The notes: generated by a model not told the origin, from the letters alone. Shown: positions 1 through 10,690, numbered from the stretch's first letter. The stretch is 33,466 bases of DNA from Phoronis australis (GCA_002633005.1 NMRA01001018.1:35997-69462), one strand, 5' to 3'. Made by a program: numbers and translations.

Positions 1-201
1 TCGGGATTTAGATCGCCAGGTAAGATTAACCGCCCAGGGCGGTTGTCTGTCGTAATAAGCGCCCATGTTCGGTTAACCGCCCATCCCCTACTTTAGGTGG
101 ATTTTCGATTTAACCGCCCACTGCTCGGTTAACCGCCCTCCCCCGATTTTTTGGATTCGCCAATTTAACCGCCCAGGGCGTTAACCCGAACGATTACGGT
201 A
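1..201. mobile_element. Right end of a pogo/Tigger-like (Tc1/mariner superfamily) non-autonomous element, truncated by the window edge
   Basis: Five TTAACCGCCC motifs (about 27, 73, 109, 129, 164) and a terminus ...GATTACGG followed by TA (200-201), i.e. a TA|CCGTAAT-type end on the minus strand. Left end not visible. Confidence 0.5.
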
Positions 202-315
202 CTTTGGCTCTCTAACATTATGGTTGTCTTACTTTTGGAATCATTAAAGCTAGTTCTGGATCACAATAAGAACAACTCGAGTTGCAAAGAGTAAGAACAA
301 CTGTTCACTTCGGGG

Positions 316-751
316 TACTGTTGTGTGTGAACTTGGAATTCTGCTTAATCTCAAGATTAAGTAGAATCGAGTGTTACGTGAACTTGGAATACACGAGGCA
401 ACTTGTCAAGTTCACTCAAATAATCACGTTCATGTTCATAAAAATTTGCTCTGCACTAAATCAAGTTACATTTGAATAAAATAATGTCAATTTCAACCAA
501 CCTTTTCAACTACGGGCGATCAGTTTCACCAAACAATGATCGATTTAGCCATTCACATATTCCTCCGGTTCAGCGACACAACTTACGGTAAAAGAGAAAA
601 TGGTTGATCTTGAGGCCAATAATTACAAAAATTCTTTTCACTGAACAAAAATTTCACCTTTTTGCCTTAAAGAATATTCAATTCCAAGTTCACGCAACGC
701 TTCTGCTTAATCTTGAGATTAAACAGGATTCCAAGTTCACACTCAACAGTG
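316..751. mobile_element. MITE-like element with ~75-bp terminal inverted repeats
   Basis: ACTGTTGTGTGTGAACTTGGAATTCTGCTTAATCTCAAGATTAAG...GTGAACTTGGAAT (317-390) matches the reverse complement of ATTCCAAGTTCAC...CTTAATCTTGAGATTAAACAGGATTCCAAGTTCACACTCAACAGT (681-750). No TSD recognised. Confidence 0.7.
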
Positions 752-1116
752 CTACTCATACAGGTATCATTCTTGGTACATCGTGGCCGATACCTAGAAG
801 TTAGATGTACTGAGACTGATGACCATTTATCAGTTTCCAGTGACAAAAAACAGGATGTGCAGATCCAAACACTTTTGGCCTGTTCCACTCATTAAGTGCA
901 TATATTTCAGCAAATTTCCTGCTTTATTTATTTCTTTAAAATAGGATACATACAATTGGTCTGCCAAGGCAAGGTTATTGTTTTTGCTGTTTTGTTTGAG
1001 CTTAAGTGATTCATTTGGAATATTCTGATTGTTTCTGTATTTAGGTGAACTACAAGACATGGAATCCAAAGTATTGACTGTTTTCTTGGTTTCGTCAATT
1101 CTGTTTGTGTTTCCAG

Positions 1117-1340
1117 AGATGCCAATGATGCTGTGCAAGAGAGGGATGGCTACAGGTTTGATGGAGCTGAAATTCGTGTTGAATTCCCACGAAGAGATGG
1201 GCCTGGACCAGGGCGCAGCTTCGGTGGTGGGGGTGGGTATGGAGGTCATGATGGTGGACGTGGTGGTCGAGGATTTGGAGGAAGAGGTGGTAGGAGTGGT
1301 CCCCCCTCCAGGAGATCAGATTATAGACTATTGGTCAAAG
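1117..1340 (+). CDS. SRSF1: SRSF1/SRSF9-family splicing factor, internal coding exon (end of RRM1, Gly/RGG hinge, start of RRM2)
   Basis: Acceptor ttccag|A at 1116/1117 and donor AAAG|gtttgt at 1340/1341. Translates [74 protein letters not shown], matching the SRSF1 pattern DAEDAV..RDGY..DG..LRVEFPR...GPPSRRS. Phase 1 joins in frame to 7130. Confidence 0.95.
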
Positions 1341-1489
1341 GTTTGTTAGCTTAAAACAGTCTTTATAATTAAGTGGGCCTGAAACCAAGTCTTGGTTTGT
1401 GTACTTGTAGAGTAGGGGAATCATTTGTTTGAATAGAAACCAAACATTGTAATGCTTTCATATGTTCTTTTATAGTTGCCTTAGTCTGT

Positions 1490-2110
1490 ATCTTTGTAAG
1501 TCCAGGATGGATTTTCATGAAGTTTGACAAAATTAGGTTTCTAATATCAAGATGGCACCTTCTTTCTATTTTTGGACATCTTTAATGATTCTACGCCACC
1601 TAGTGGCCACTTTTTAAATTTTTTCAGTCCTTTTTTTGGTGTCCACCTTTCTATTTACCAAACAGAATTATGAAAATTGGCAGGTGTTTTTGTGATGAGG
1701 AGATAGCTGTTGACATTAAGTTTTGAACGTGTTCGACTACTCTGGCACCCCCTTGTGCAGATTTTTTTTCTGTCCACAGCTATGAGCTTTGTGAAATTTG
1801 GCAGATGTGTTCCTTTAAAGCTGACGACAGATGACATGTTTCAGTCTAATCCAAAAGATTGGTGTGTCCGTAGTGGCAATTTTTGATTTACGTTTTCCTG
1901 TTTATCTTTGGAATTCATTGATCAATTTTCATGAAACTTGATAAATAGGTTTCTATTAAGATGATGAAAATGCCTTTCCATTTTTGGACAGATTTTACGC
2001 TTCCTAATGGGATTTTTAACAGTTTCAAGTCCATTTCTGGCATCCACCTCCCTATACGCCAAACTACTTGAAGAAAGCTGCGAAAATTGGCAGCAGGGAC
2101 TCATCTAGGT
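1490..2110. repeat. Interspersed repeat family built from diverged GAAA(A/T)TTGGCAG / CCTAGTGGC / ATAGGTTTCTATT subunits
   Basis: The same motifs recur at ~15040-15870 (and its duplicate ~18020-18850) and in reverse at ~21460-21790. Boundaries approximate; possibly a non-autonomous Helentron-type family (inference). Confidence 0.6.
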
Positions 2111-2207
2111 TTGAAAAAGCGGGGGCCAAAATCATGAGTCGCTCATCGCAAAGTACTGAGTACATATTCTGACAATGTACCACACATTAAAAACATGATT
2201 TCCCTTG

Positions 2208-2260
2208 GACACGTAAACATACCCAGACACATAAACATACCCAGACCCATAAACATACAC
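2208..2260 (+). repeat. 18-bp minisatellite, 3 copies (GACACATAAACATACCCA)
   Basis: gacacgtaaacataccca gacacataaacataccca gacccataaacatacac read directly. Confidence 0.85.
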
Positions 2261-2314
2261 GCTCACTAATTTCTGCTCCACTTTGTTTTCAGTAGACATG
2301 TTAGCTGGGATATA

Positions 2315-3857
2315 CAGACCTGCTTACCCAAATTTCGACCATTGTGTACAATCACTGCTGAAAACCTCAAAAATGTGTACAATTTGAGCACCAACGTGTA
2401 CAATCACGAAACCCAAATGCAAAAGATAAATTCTTTCAAATTTGTACCATCACCACATGTTTCATTACACAAAGGAATCAACGTCAAGTGACCAAAGTTT
2501 TATTTTTGCAGCATGTACTAGTATAAGCAATTTTTTATGGCTTTGTCGACTTGTAGTAGGCAGATTTCAATGACATGAGTTTTTCTTTTGGGTAGTTCCT
2601 CTGGTGTGCTTGTTCAGGTTGGGATTTTAGAACGAGAAGCGAGTCCAGCATCTCGTTACCGAGTGACGCCCTTTGCTCAGTTTTGTTCTTTCTTATGCAT
2701 GAAAAGACTTGTTCACAGCTTGCGTTGCCATGTGGAATCATCAGGATTCCAAGCATAACATGTGAGAGATTCTTGAACCGAAACATGCCTCCTGCATCTT
2801 TTATTTTGGCAATGTTCACCCTCATTTGATCAATCGTTCCTGTGCGGTTAATATCCTGGCAACTCTGGTAATCAGCGAATTCCAGCTGAACAGTATCACT
2901 TGATACCCCTGATACATGAAAAATAAATGCAGGACTACCATAGTTTTACTTGGAAAAGAATGCCATCACGTTTGAGACAGCAGAAACCTAAGTGACCTGG
3001 AGCTTAAAACTACAAAAGCTTAACTTCAATATGCCAGTCTTTTTAAAGATTAAAATCTGTCAACCGTGCACTGTGCTAAAACGATCCTGTACACGTTCGA
3101 CCTTGTCTTGATTTGTGTTCGGTTTTTAGACAGATGCAAAATAATATCATATGAACCAAAGAAAGTATGACACTATTAACATTTGCACTGTTGGACTACT
3201 ACTCTAAAGTTTTGCAATACAAATTGGAAATATAAACTCACTTGAAAAATAATCCACGCTGTCGTTGTTGAAGGCAGAACCAGACGTTTCCGCTGAGAAA
3301 ATCAGGCTCGACTAATTATTGCGCTAATAGCACCAATACGCGAAGAGCGAGTTTATTTCATCCCAATACCGGGAGAAACACATAAACAAAAGACCATTAA
3401 CACATAGATCGGAGTTGTGACAAACTGTTTTTATAATTGACGATCATTTATTCGCAGTATAATTTGACAAAGTTAGCATAAATATCAATAAGCCAGTCCT
3501 ACATGCGTACGGTATCCTAGTGAACAAGCTGTGAACCAGATCGGCACGAAATTGCCGACGTGGATTCATATTCACCCAGGATTTCCCGCGAAAATTTTCA
3601 ACAGTGTGTTAGCGGGACCCCGGCCGATCGGACTCGTCATGTGCCTCAAAAATATATATAATGTGCCTCCGCAAAAATAGGGATTAAACACTGAAGTAAT
3701 ACGAAGAAAACAAACTTGTGGATAATAATATTTTATTACCAATGAACTTGACACTCACTCGTGAATTGCATACGATTACTAAGTGGTTTCGTATAGCCTA
3801 CGATCGCGTAAAAAATCGTACGATTGTACGCCTGTTTCGTACAAGTAAACAGGTATG
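2315..3857 (-). mobile_element. Internally deleted hAT-superfamily DNA transposon
   Basis: TIRs CAGACCTGCTTAC (2315-2327) and GTAAACAGGTATG (3845-3857; reverse complement CATACCTGTTTAC); direct repeat GATATA on both flanks (2309-2314, 3858-3863); subterminal GTACAAT/TACGAT repeats at both ends; contains a hAT transposase C-terminus. Confidence 0.85.
2535..2917 (-). pseudogene. hAT transposase C-terminal (dimerisation domain) fragment
   Basis: ...VQLEFADYQ...IDQMRVNIAKIKDAGGMFRFKNLSHVMLGILMIPHGNASCEQVFSCIRKNKTEQRASLGNEMLDSLLVLKS fits the hAT C-terminal pattern L..IP.SNA..ER.FS.....KT..R..L; ER appears as EQ and no N-terminal or DDE region is present. Confidence 0.85.
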
Positions 3858-3863
3858 GATATA

Positions 3864-4510
3864 CCTTAGTGGTGGCGTTGTCACCCAATGTGAGCCAGGC
3901 GCCAACATGTCTCCAGTTCTGTCGCCCAGCTAGCGACCTAGCTTTTTAATTAGCAATAACAACTTGTTTTGTGAACATTCACAAATTCTTTTTGAAATTT
4001 ACGAGCGAAGTAACTCGATTGCGCAATTGAGTATTTTCCCGGTTAATACGTTCAATACCTTTTCGACAGATGTCATATCGTGGGAATACCACAACCATAT
4101 TTGGGCAAAGTCAGTATTTTCTGTTTATGTTCGGCTACATCCCTGCAATTTCCAAGTCAATGTGGATAGACTCTGCATTTTTCGATAGTTACGGTATAAA
4201 GTCTCATGATCAGTCACAACAGATAGATATGTATAACTATATCTAGGTCAGGTACAACACATCTGGATCAATCAAAATAGTCTGCTTGCTTTACTGAGTC
4301 TGAAAGACCAAGTTGATGATTTGTTTAATGTATTGTGTGGTGTTGTAGCTGCTGTTTCAGTCCCTTGAAAGGATGAACTTTACAAACACTGAGAACACAA
4401 TTATCATAAGAATTACAAAGAAAGCAAGCCTGGTGGATCATTCTAAAACTTGTGAACAGTGAAGAGTTCTCATGAAATTCACAAATTTTGTGATAATAAC
4501 TTTAGACCTG
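3864..4510 (+). mobile_element. Diverged truncated relic, inverted homologue of 6303-6962
   Basis: Co-linear blocks against the reverse complement of 6303-6962, e.g. GTCACCCAA...GAGCC(A/G)GGCG, TATTTTCCC, CTTTTC(G/A)ACAGATG, ACCATATTTGG, CATGATCAGT, ATCTGG(A/G)TCAATCAAAA, TACAAACAC, CAAGCCTG, TTTAGACCTG. Confidence 0.7.
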
Positions 4511-4602
4511 CATGCCCCATCATATTAGTCCAAAATATCAAACAGTACAGACACTATTAAAGTTTTTCTGTCGATGATCATATCTAAAAAGACGTACAAC
4601 TG

Positions 4603-6993
4603 CAGGGATATACCTTAACTGAAACTAGCTAATCGCCAACTGGGCTGCTAGCGTTCAAATCTTTGGAGCCTTACTAAAAGTTAGGGGCCCAGGATTTTTG
4701 AAGGATGTGAGGACAATCGCATGAACACCCAACATAATGGAGTCGCATCTTAAAGCTAAGTACTAACTCGAATGTCAATCCTACTTAACTATAGTTTTCA
4801 ATAAACACAGAGAAATGTACAACTTGAGGAAGTGTACGGGAACCATGCAGTGAGCGGAGTCATCCTTTCAAAAATATTTAATTTTCAGGCACAATTAAAA
4901 CAAAGGTCATTGAATTTGTTACATGCTCATCTGGTCTTGCCAACACTGCAAATTTTTCACTTTCAAAAATGGTATTACATGCATAGTACAAAACATTTAT
5001 AAAAATATCTTGCATGTTCTACGATTGGTTTCAGTCATCAAGAGACAATCACCCAGCTTTCATGGAAAAAAATTCCTTTTCTTGACAGAATTCGAATGAA
5101 ATCAGGGATTGTTCCATTGTGTGTTTCCTCTTGACAAAAATAACAAAGTAACCATTAGTTTCGAAAAATGCAAGCAACACACAGGCCTAATCAAAAAACA
5201 AAGATCTTACTGTATGTAGGTCTACTTGAAGGCAGTACGCCTGCTGTGGACCCACTAATAAACTGGAAGTTGGTCACTCTTTCAGTAAAATATTTCAGTT
5301 TCATGCCACAGAATTTTACCTAAAAGTAAACAAAATTATAAAATGTGACGCACAGGTCTAAAAGTATTTTTTGCTGGAAAATTGGTGCATTTCGTGCCTT
5401 CGGTGTTCACTGTCCAAGAGTTTTGAAACGACTGCGCAGGCTTGTTTTCTTTGCAATGGCTGTGATGTTTGCATTCTGGGTGTTTGTAGTGTTCGCCTTT
5501 CCCAGGGTCTGAAACACTGGGTAGAAAACTCCACAAAATGTTCTGAACAATTTTTTAACTTTGTCTCTCAATCTGCGAACAGCGCACAGATGTTCAAGTT
5601 TTGATTGACCCAGATATGTTTTAACTGGCCTACATGTAGCTACNAGGATTTTTGAAGGATGTGAGGACAATCGCATGAACACCCAACATAATGGAGTCGC
5701 ATCTTAAAGCTAAGTACTAACTCGAATGTCAATCCTACTTAACTATAGTTTTCAACAAACACAGAGAAATGTACAACTTGAGGAAGTTTACGGGAACCAT
5801 GCAGTGAGCGGAGTCATCCTTTCAAAAATATTTAATTTTCAGGCACAATTAAAACAAAAGTCATTGAATTTGTTACATGCTAATCTGGTCTTGCCAACAC
5901 TGCAAATTTTCACTTTCAAAAATGGTATTACATTCATAGTACAAAACATTTATAAAAATATCTTGCATGTTCTACGATTGGTTTCAGTCATCAAGAGACA
6001 ATCACCCAGCTTTCATGGAAAAAAATTCCTTTTCTTGAGAGAATTCGAATGAAATCAGGGATTGTTCCGTTGTGTGTTTCCTCTTGACAAAAATAACAAA
6101 GTAACCATTATTTTCGAAAAATGCAAGCAACACACAGGCCTAATCAAAAAACAAAGATCTTACTGTATGTAGGTCTACTTGAAGGCAGTACGCCTGCTGT
6201 GGACCCACTAATAAACTGGAAGTTGGTCACTCTTTCAGTAAAATATTTCAGTTTCATGCCACAGAATTTTACCTAAAAGTAAACAAAATTATAAAATGTG
6301 ACGCACAGGTCTAAAAGTATTTTTTGCTGGAAAATTGGTGCATTTCGTGCCTTCGGTGTTCACTGTCCAAGAGTTTTGAAATGACTGCGCAGGCTTGTTT
6401 TCTTTGCAATGGCTGTGATGTTTGCATTCTGGGTGTTTGTAGTGTTCGCCTTTCCCAGGGTCTGAAACACTGGGTAGAAAACTCCACAGAATGTTCTGAA
6501 CAATTTTTTAACTTTGTCTCTCAATCTGCGAACAGCGCACAGATGTTCAAGTTTTGATTGACCCAGATATGTTTTAACTGGCCTACATGTAGCTACGCAC
6601 ATGTATTTGCTGTCACTGATCATGTGACTTTGCATTACTCAGTAACTGCCAGAAAATGTGTTTCTCCAAATTTGACTGTCAAATTGCGGGGATGTTGTCG
6701 GATGTGAACGAAAAAATACCAAATTTGGCCAAATATGGTATTACCATGATACACCATCTGTTGAAAAGATACGAAACGTGTTTTCAGGGAAAATATTCCG
6801 TCACGCAGTAGACTTACTTCCCTTGTAAATGTTAACATGATTTTGCAAATATTTAAAAGTCAAGTATGTTGTTATTTCTAATTGTGAAGTTAGGTTGCCA
6901 GCCGAGCGACTGAACTGGCGAAGTTTTGACGCCCGGCTCGAAACTTATTTGCCTTGGGTGACTGGGCAACTGGTGCGTTTGGGAGCATCTCTG
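4603..6993. mobile_element. Probable old hAT-like non-autonomous element (length inflated by the 4691-6596 duplication)
   Basis: Starts CAGGGATATACC (4603) and ends GGGAGCATCTCTG (6993; reverse complement CAGAGATGCTCCC): an imperfect CAG-type TIR pair with GC-rich subterminal sequence. No TSD found. Confidence 0.4.
4691..6596 (+). repeat. Near-identical ~950-bp tandem duplication (4691-5643 / 5645-6596) separated by a single N; probable uncollapsed haplotype overlap
   Basis: Both copies begin AGGATTTTTGAAGG and end ATGTAGCTAC, differ by scattered SNPs and a 1-bp indel, and meet exactly at n5644. Confidence 0.9.
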
Positions 6994-7129
6994 AATGGAC
7001 CCATTCATATTTCAGACTCAAGTGAACTCTGCTTTACTGCGTATGTCCTGTTCAAATTGTTGACAAACTAAGTGTTCCCATAAGTCTAAGATTGACACCT
7101 GTTAAGTTAGTTATTACTTATGTTTCTAG

Positions 7130-7302
7130 GCCTGCCCCCTACAGGCAGCTGGCAGGATCTGAAGGACCACATGCGGCAGATTGGCGAGGTGTGTTACGCA
7201 GAGGTCTACAAGGACGGCACTGGGGTAGTTGAGTTTGTACACTTTGCAGATATGAGGAAGGCGGTACGCGACCTGGATGACTCAAAGTTCAGGTCACATG
7301 AG
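7130..7302 (+). CDS. SRSF1: SRSF1/SRSF9-family splicing factor, pseudo-RRM (RRM2) exon
   Basis: ttctag|G at 7129/7130 and GAG|gtatgt at 7302/7303. [58 protein letters not shown] contains the diagnostic SWQDLKD heptapeptide and KFRSHE. Confidence 0.97.
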
Positions 7303-7478
7303 GTATGTAGGTTGTAGGTCCGGTAAGTCTTAGTATTGTATTATGTTGTATTTTTGAGTGTGACTTTTGTGTGTAATAAAATGTGTGTGTTGGTTGACAG
7401 GTATTGTAATTTGTCAAGTCTTTGTTTATTAATGGCACTATCACCTTTACTTCACTAATTATGAAAATCAGTTAGTTA

Positions 7479-7758
7479 CAGTAAAAATTCTACAATTTGG
7501 GCAGTCTCTAAAATTTGAAACACAGAAACTCCCATAAAAATTGAATTTTATTGATTCTGGAATTTGGGACATAAGCGATTTTGGCATGCACCATATTTCT
7601 CAAATTTCATACAATGTATTTTGAATTTACAGAGTGTGTAGTTTTGCTGTCTTCCCAGTGATTTTTGAATTTGGGACGACCAGTATTGTCTATTTCTAGA
7701 ATTTAGGACAAGCTCTGACCTTAATTTTTCACTGTTCCAAATTGGAGGCTTTTTACTG
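7479..7758. mobile_element. Tc1/mariner (pogo/Tigger-type) MITE with TA target duplication
   Basis: TA|CAGTAAAAATTCTACAATTTGG ... CCAAATTGGAGGCTTTTTACTG|TA; internal AATTT(G/A)GGAC repeats. Partly re-represented from 8441. Confidence 0.75.
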
Positions 7759-8143
7759 TACTTCTCTTAACTTCATGTAATCAGGCCACGTGTCTGGTTT
7801 GTAACATTTGCTCACTTACAAAGTTCCAATCTGCAATACCCAAACCAACTGTACTTTGTTATACAAGTTGATTTAGTTACAGCAAACTTCAGTTACGGGT
7901 AAGGTTTGTTGTTACGTTGACTTTGTTTGTCAATGTCAGATGTGAAACATAATTCCAATTAACTACAAAACATGTTTTCATATCTGTACTCGGTCGTTTA
8001 CATTTATTCCAGCAGCAAACATTTGGTGCTTAGATGGCAGTTCCACTTTGTGATAGTTCCACTTTGTAATAGTTCTTATTAAAAGAAATGAGCCAAGTTG
8101 TTGTTTCATCTGCTAGGAAATTGCCATTTGTACCTGTTTTCAG

Positions 8144-8281
8144 AATGAGACTCGATACATCAGAGTGAAGGAAGATAGTCATGAGGCATCATCCAGCCGC
8201 CGTGCCCGGTCCTCCCGCTCACGTAGCTTCACACCGCCAAAGAGATCACGTGCCTCACCGCGATATTCACCCTATCCTTGA
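8144..8281 (+). CDS. SRSF1: SRSF1/SRSF9-family splicing factor, last coding exon (short RS domain), copy 1
   Basis: ttttcag|AAT; NETRYIRVKEDSHEASSSRRARSSRSRSFTPPKRSRASPRYSPYP then TGA at 8279-8281; matches the SRSF1 pattern ET.YIRVK...RSR.SPRYSP. Confidence 0.92.
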   Translation, partial: NETRYIRVKEDSHEASSSRRARSSRSRSFTPPKRSRASPRYSPYP

Positions 8282-9011
8282 GTCTCAGGGCTCTCTTCGC
8301 ACTGTTCCAATTGGCATGGTACTGCCTAGAACTGTTTTAACTGACTAGACTGGACTATACTTTCAAAATTGGTCATGATTGTTTTCCAAAAAGTTCAGTA
8401 AATTAATTGTTATGAAATTTGCTGCGCTTTCTTGAAAACNTAAGCGATTTTGGCATGCACCATATTTCTCAAATTTCATACAGTGTATTTTGAATTTACA
8501 GAGTGTGTAGTTTTGCTGTCTTCCCAGTGATTTTTGAATTTGGGACGACCAGTATTGTCTATTCTAGAATTTAGGACAAGCTCTGACCTTAATTTTTCAC
8601 TGTTCCAAATTGGAGGCTTTTTACTGTACTTCTCTTAACTTCATGTAATCCGGCCACGGGTCTGGTTTGTAACATTTGCTCACTTACAAAGTTCCAATGT
8701 GCAATACCCAAACCAACTGTACTTTGTTATACTAGTTGATTTAGTTACAGCAAACTTCAGTTACGGGTAAGGTTTGTTGTTACGTTGACTTTGTTTGTCA
8801 ATGTCAGATGTGAAACATAATTCCAATTAACTACAAAACATGTTTTCATATCTGTACTCGGTCGTTTACATTTATGCCAGCAGCAAACATTTGATGCTTA
8901 GATGGCAGTTCCACTTTGTGATAGTTCCACTTTGCAATAGTTCTTATTAAAAGAAATGAGCCAAGCTATTGTTTCATCTGCTAGGAGATTGCCATTTGTA
9001 CCTGTTTTCAG

Positions 9012-9146
9012 AATGAGACTCGATACATCAGAGTGAAGGAAGATAGTCAGGAGGCATCATCCAGCCGCCGTGCCCGGTCCCGCTCACGTAGCTTCACACC
9101 GCCAAAGAGATCACGTGCCTCACCGCGATATTCACCCTATCCTTGA
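9012..9146 (+). CDS. SRSF1: Last SR coding exon, copy 2 (probable other allele: H>Q and one Ser codon fewer)
   Basis: NETRYIRVKEDSQEASSSRRARSRSRSFTPPKRSRASPRYSPYP then TGA at 9144-9146; contiguous with unique downstream sequence. Confidence 0.9.
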   Translation, partial: NETRYIRVKEDSQEASSSRRARSRSRSFTPPKRSRASPRYSPYP

Positions 9147-9448
9147 GTCTCAGGGCTCTCTTCGCACTGTTCCAATTGGCATGGTACTGCCTAGAACTGT
9201 TTTAACTGACTAGACTGGACTATACTTTCAAAATTGGTCATGATTGTTTTCCAAAAAGTTCAGTAAATTAATTGTTATGAAATTTGCTGCGCTTTCTTGA
9301 AAACCGAAATATGTTGCATACGATTGCTGCGTCAACCCTAGTATTACAATGATTTGATTATTTTTATTTTTCTACTTTGTCACACTATTATTAACAAGTT
9401 TTGTTGTGTTTTATCAGATTCTGAGGAACAGCTCTTGCATAGATGTGA

Positions 9449-10162
9449 GGATAGATAAACCAAAGTATTATGTGGGCGCTGTAAGGTGATAGGATCAAGG
9501 AATCACATTCAGTGCATTATGGATGCTGGATAAAATTGGATGCTTTTATGAAAATGGGAATAGCATGGATGTTTAGGATCAAGGACTGGCATGGATCCAT
9601 GTTATGGTACGAACAAACTCAGGATAAATTTCAAGTTAAAGACAACTGTTTCCTCTCTTTAAAAATGTACGTGTTAAAAGTGATCAGACTGTTTGCACAT
9701 AAATCTTTCCATGGCTTATGAGGTTACAAGTGTGTTATATTACAATTCTGTCTAATAATGAATGGTGATTCAATTTCAAAGTTAGAAATTCGTAATCTGT
9801 ACATGTGTTCTAAGTTGTTTGTTATCATTACAGTTTTAACAATTGCATTCAATATCCTTAACAATAAACTGGATCTGTCAGTTGTTTCCTATTAATGTTT
9901 AACATTACAATTCCATTTTAATCATTAAAGGTTTCGGATATCACTAATGTGGATCAGTGGGATCAAGTGTGGATATGGAGGATAGGATTTTTCACATAGG
10001 ATTAAAATAGGATGAATCCTTGGATCGCTTTCAAGTTTGGGAGGACCCAGGAATTGTCTGTTACACTCCGCAGGTCATGGGAAGTCCCTTGAATTTGGAT
10101 TCCACAGGCATAATTTTTGAGGACCCATGGAGTTGCTGAAAGGATCACGATCTTTATTGGAT
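9449..10162 (+). promoter_or_regulatory. GGAT-rich putative 3' UTR regulatory region of the SR gene
   Basis: Hand count of 22 GGAT on + versus 3 on - in ~715 bp; candidate acceptor at 9417/9418; AATAAA at 9863-9868. Confidence 0.5.
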
Positions 10163-10690
10163 ATGGAATTGAATTGATCTAAATCAAATGTTGTTTTTAT
10201 TTTTTTATTTGAAAACGTTCTTAAAATTACAGTAAAGCATATGTTGCGTCCAACCAGACTGACAGATTTTATCCGTGTTTTTGGAAGAGCCAAATACACG
10301 AACCTTAGCAACTGCACACAGAACTTGAGCAAATATCCGACTTGTGCGTGACCACTTGGTGCAAGTTTTACTGTTATAACATTAGTTTATCACTCACAAG
10401 CAGAAGTGATTTTTCTCCCAATTGAGACTTGTAATATGCAATGAACGATGGGTCTTCATCAGATTGCTGCAAGTGTTGCGGCAGCTGTAGTCGGAGGGAC
10501 ATTATTGGTTTTACGGACAAAAAAGGCGCTTTTCGATAATTATTGGGTGGGAGAGGCTTCTTGAAGTTATTACCTTTGACCAGAGCTATAAAACATGCTG
10601 TTTTCTGTGTTGTGTGCCAGACATCTTTTAAATCAAGGCCAGTGAATTTACCAGTTAAGTACATTTCGAATGCTCTGTCATTTGTCAAGT

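Larger units (their letters stand above)
7572..9304 (+). repeat. Near-identical ~865-bp tandem duplication (7572-8439 / 8441-9304) separated by a single N; duplicates the last SR coding exon
   Basis: Both copies start TAAGCGATTTTGG and end CTTGAAAAC; junction is n8440; differences are SNP or small-indel scale. Confidence 0.9.

Noticed and set aside
830-1349. 139-aa minus and 106-aa plus ORFs
   Set aside because: Shadow frames of the GC-rich SR exon 1117-1340.
5336-6838. Cys-rich and other short ORFs as real proteins
   Set aside because: Overlapping frames on both strands within a repeat relic in an intron; one ORF is frameshifted in the other copy; no recognisable domain.
8144-9146. Genuine duplicated or alternative last exons of the SR gene
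   Set aside because: The duplication breakpoint is a single N and intronic flanks are as similar as the exon; uncollapsed alleles are more parsimonious.
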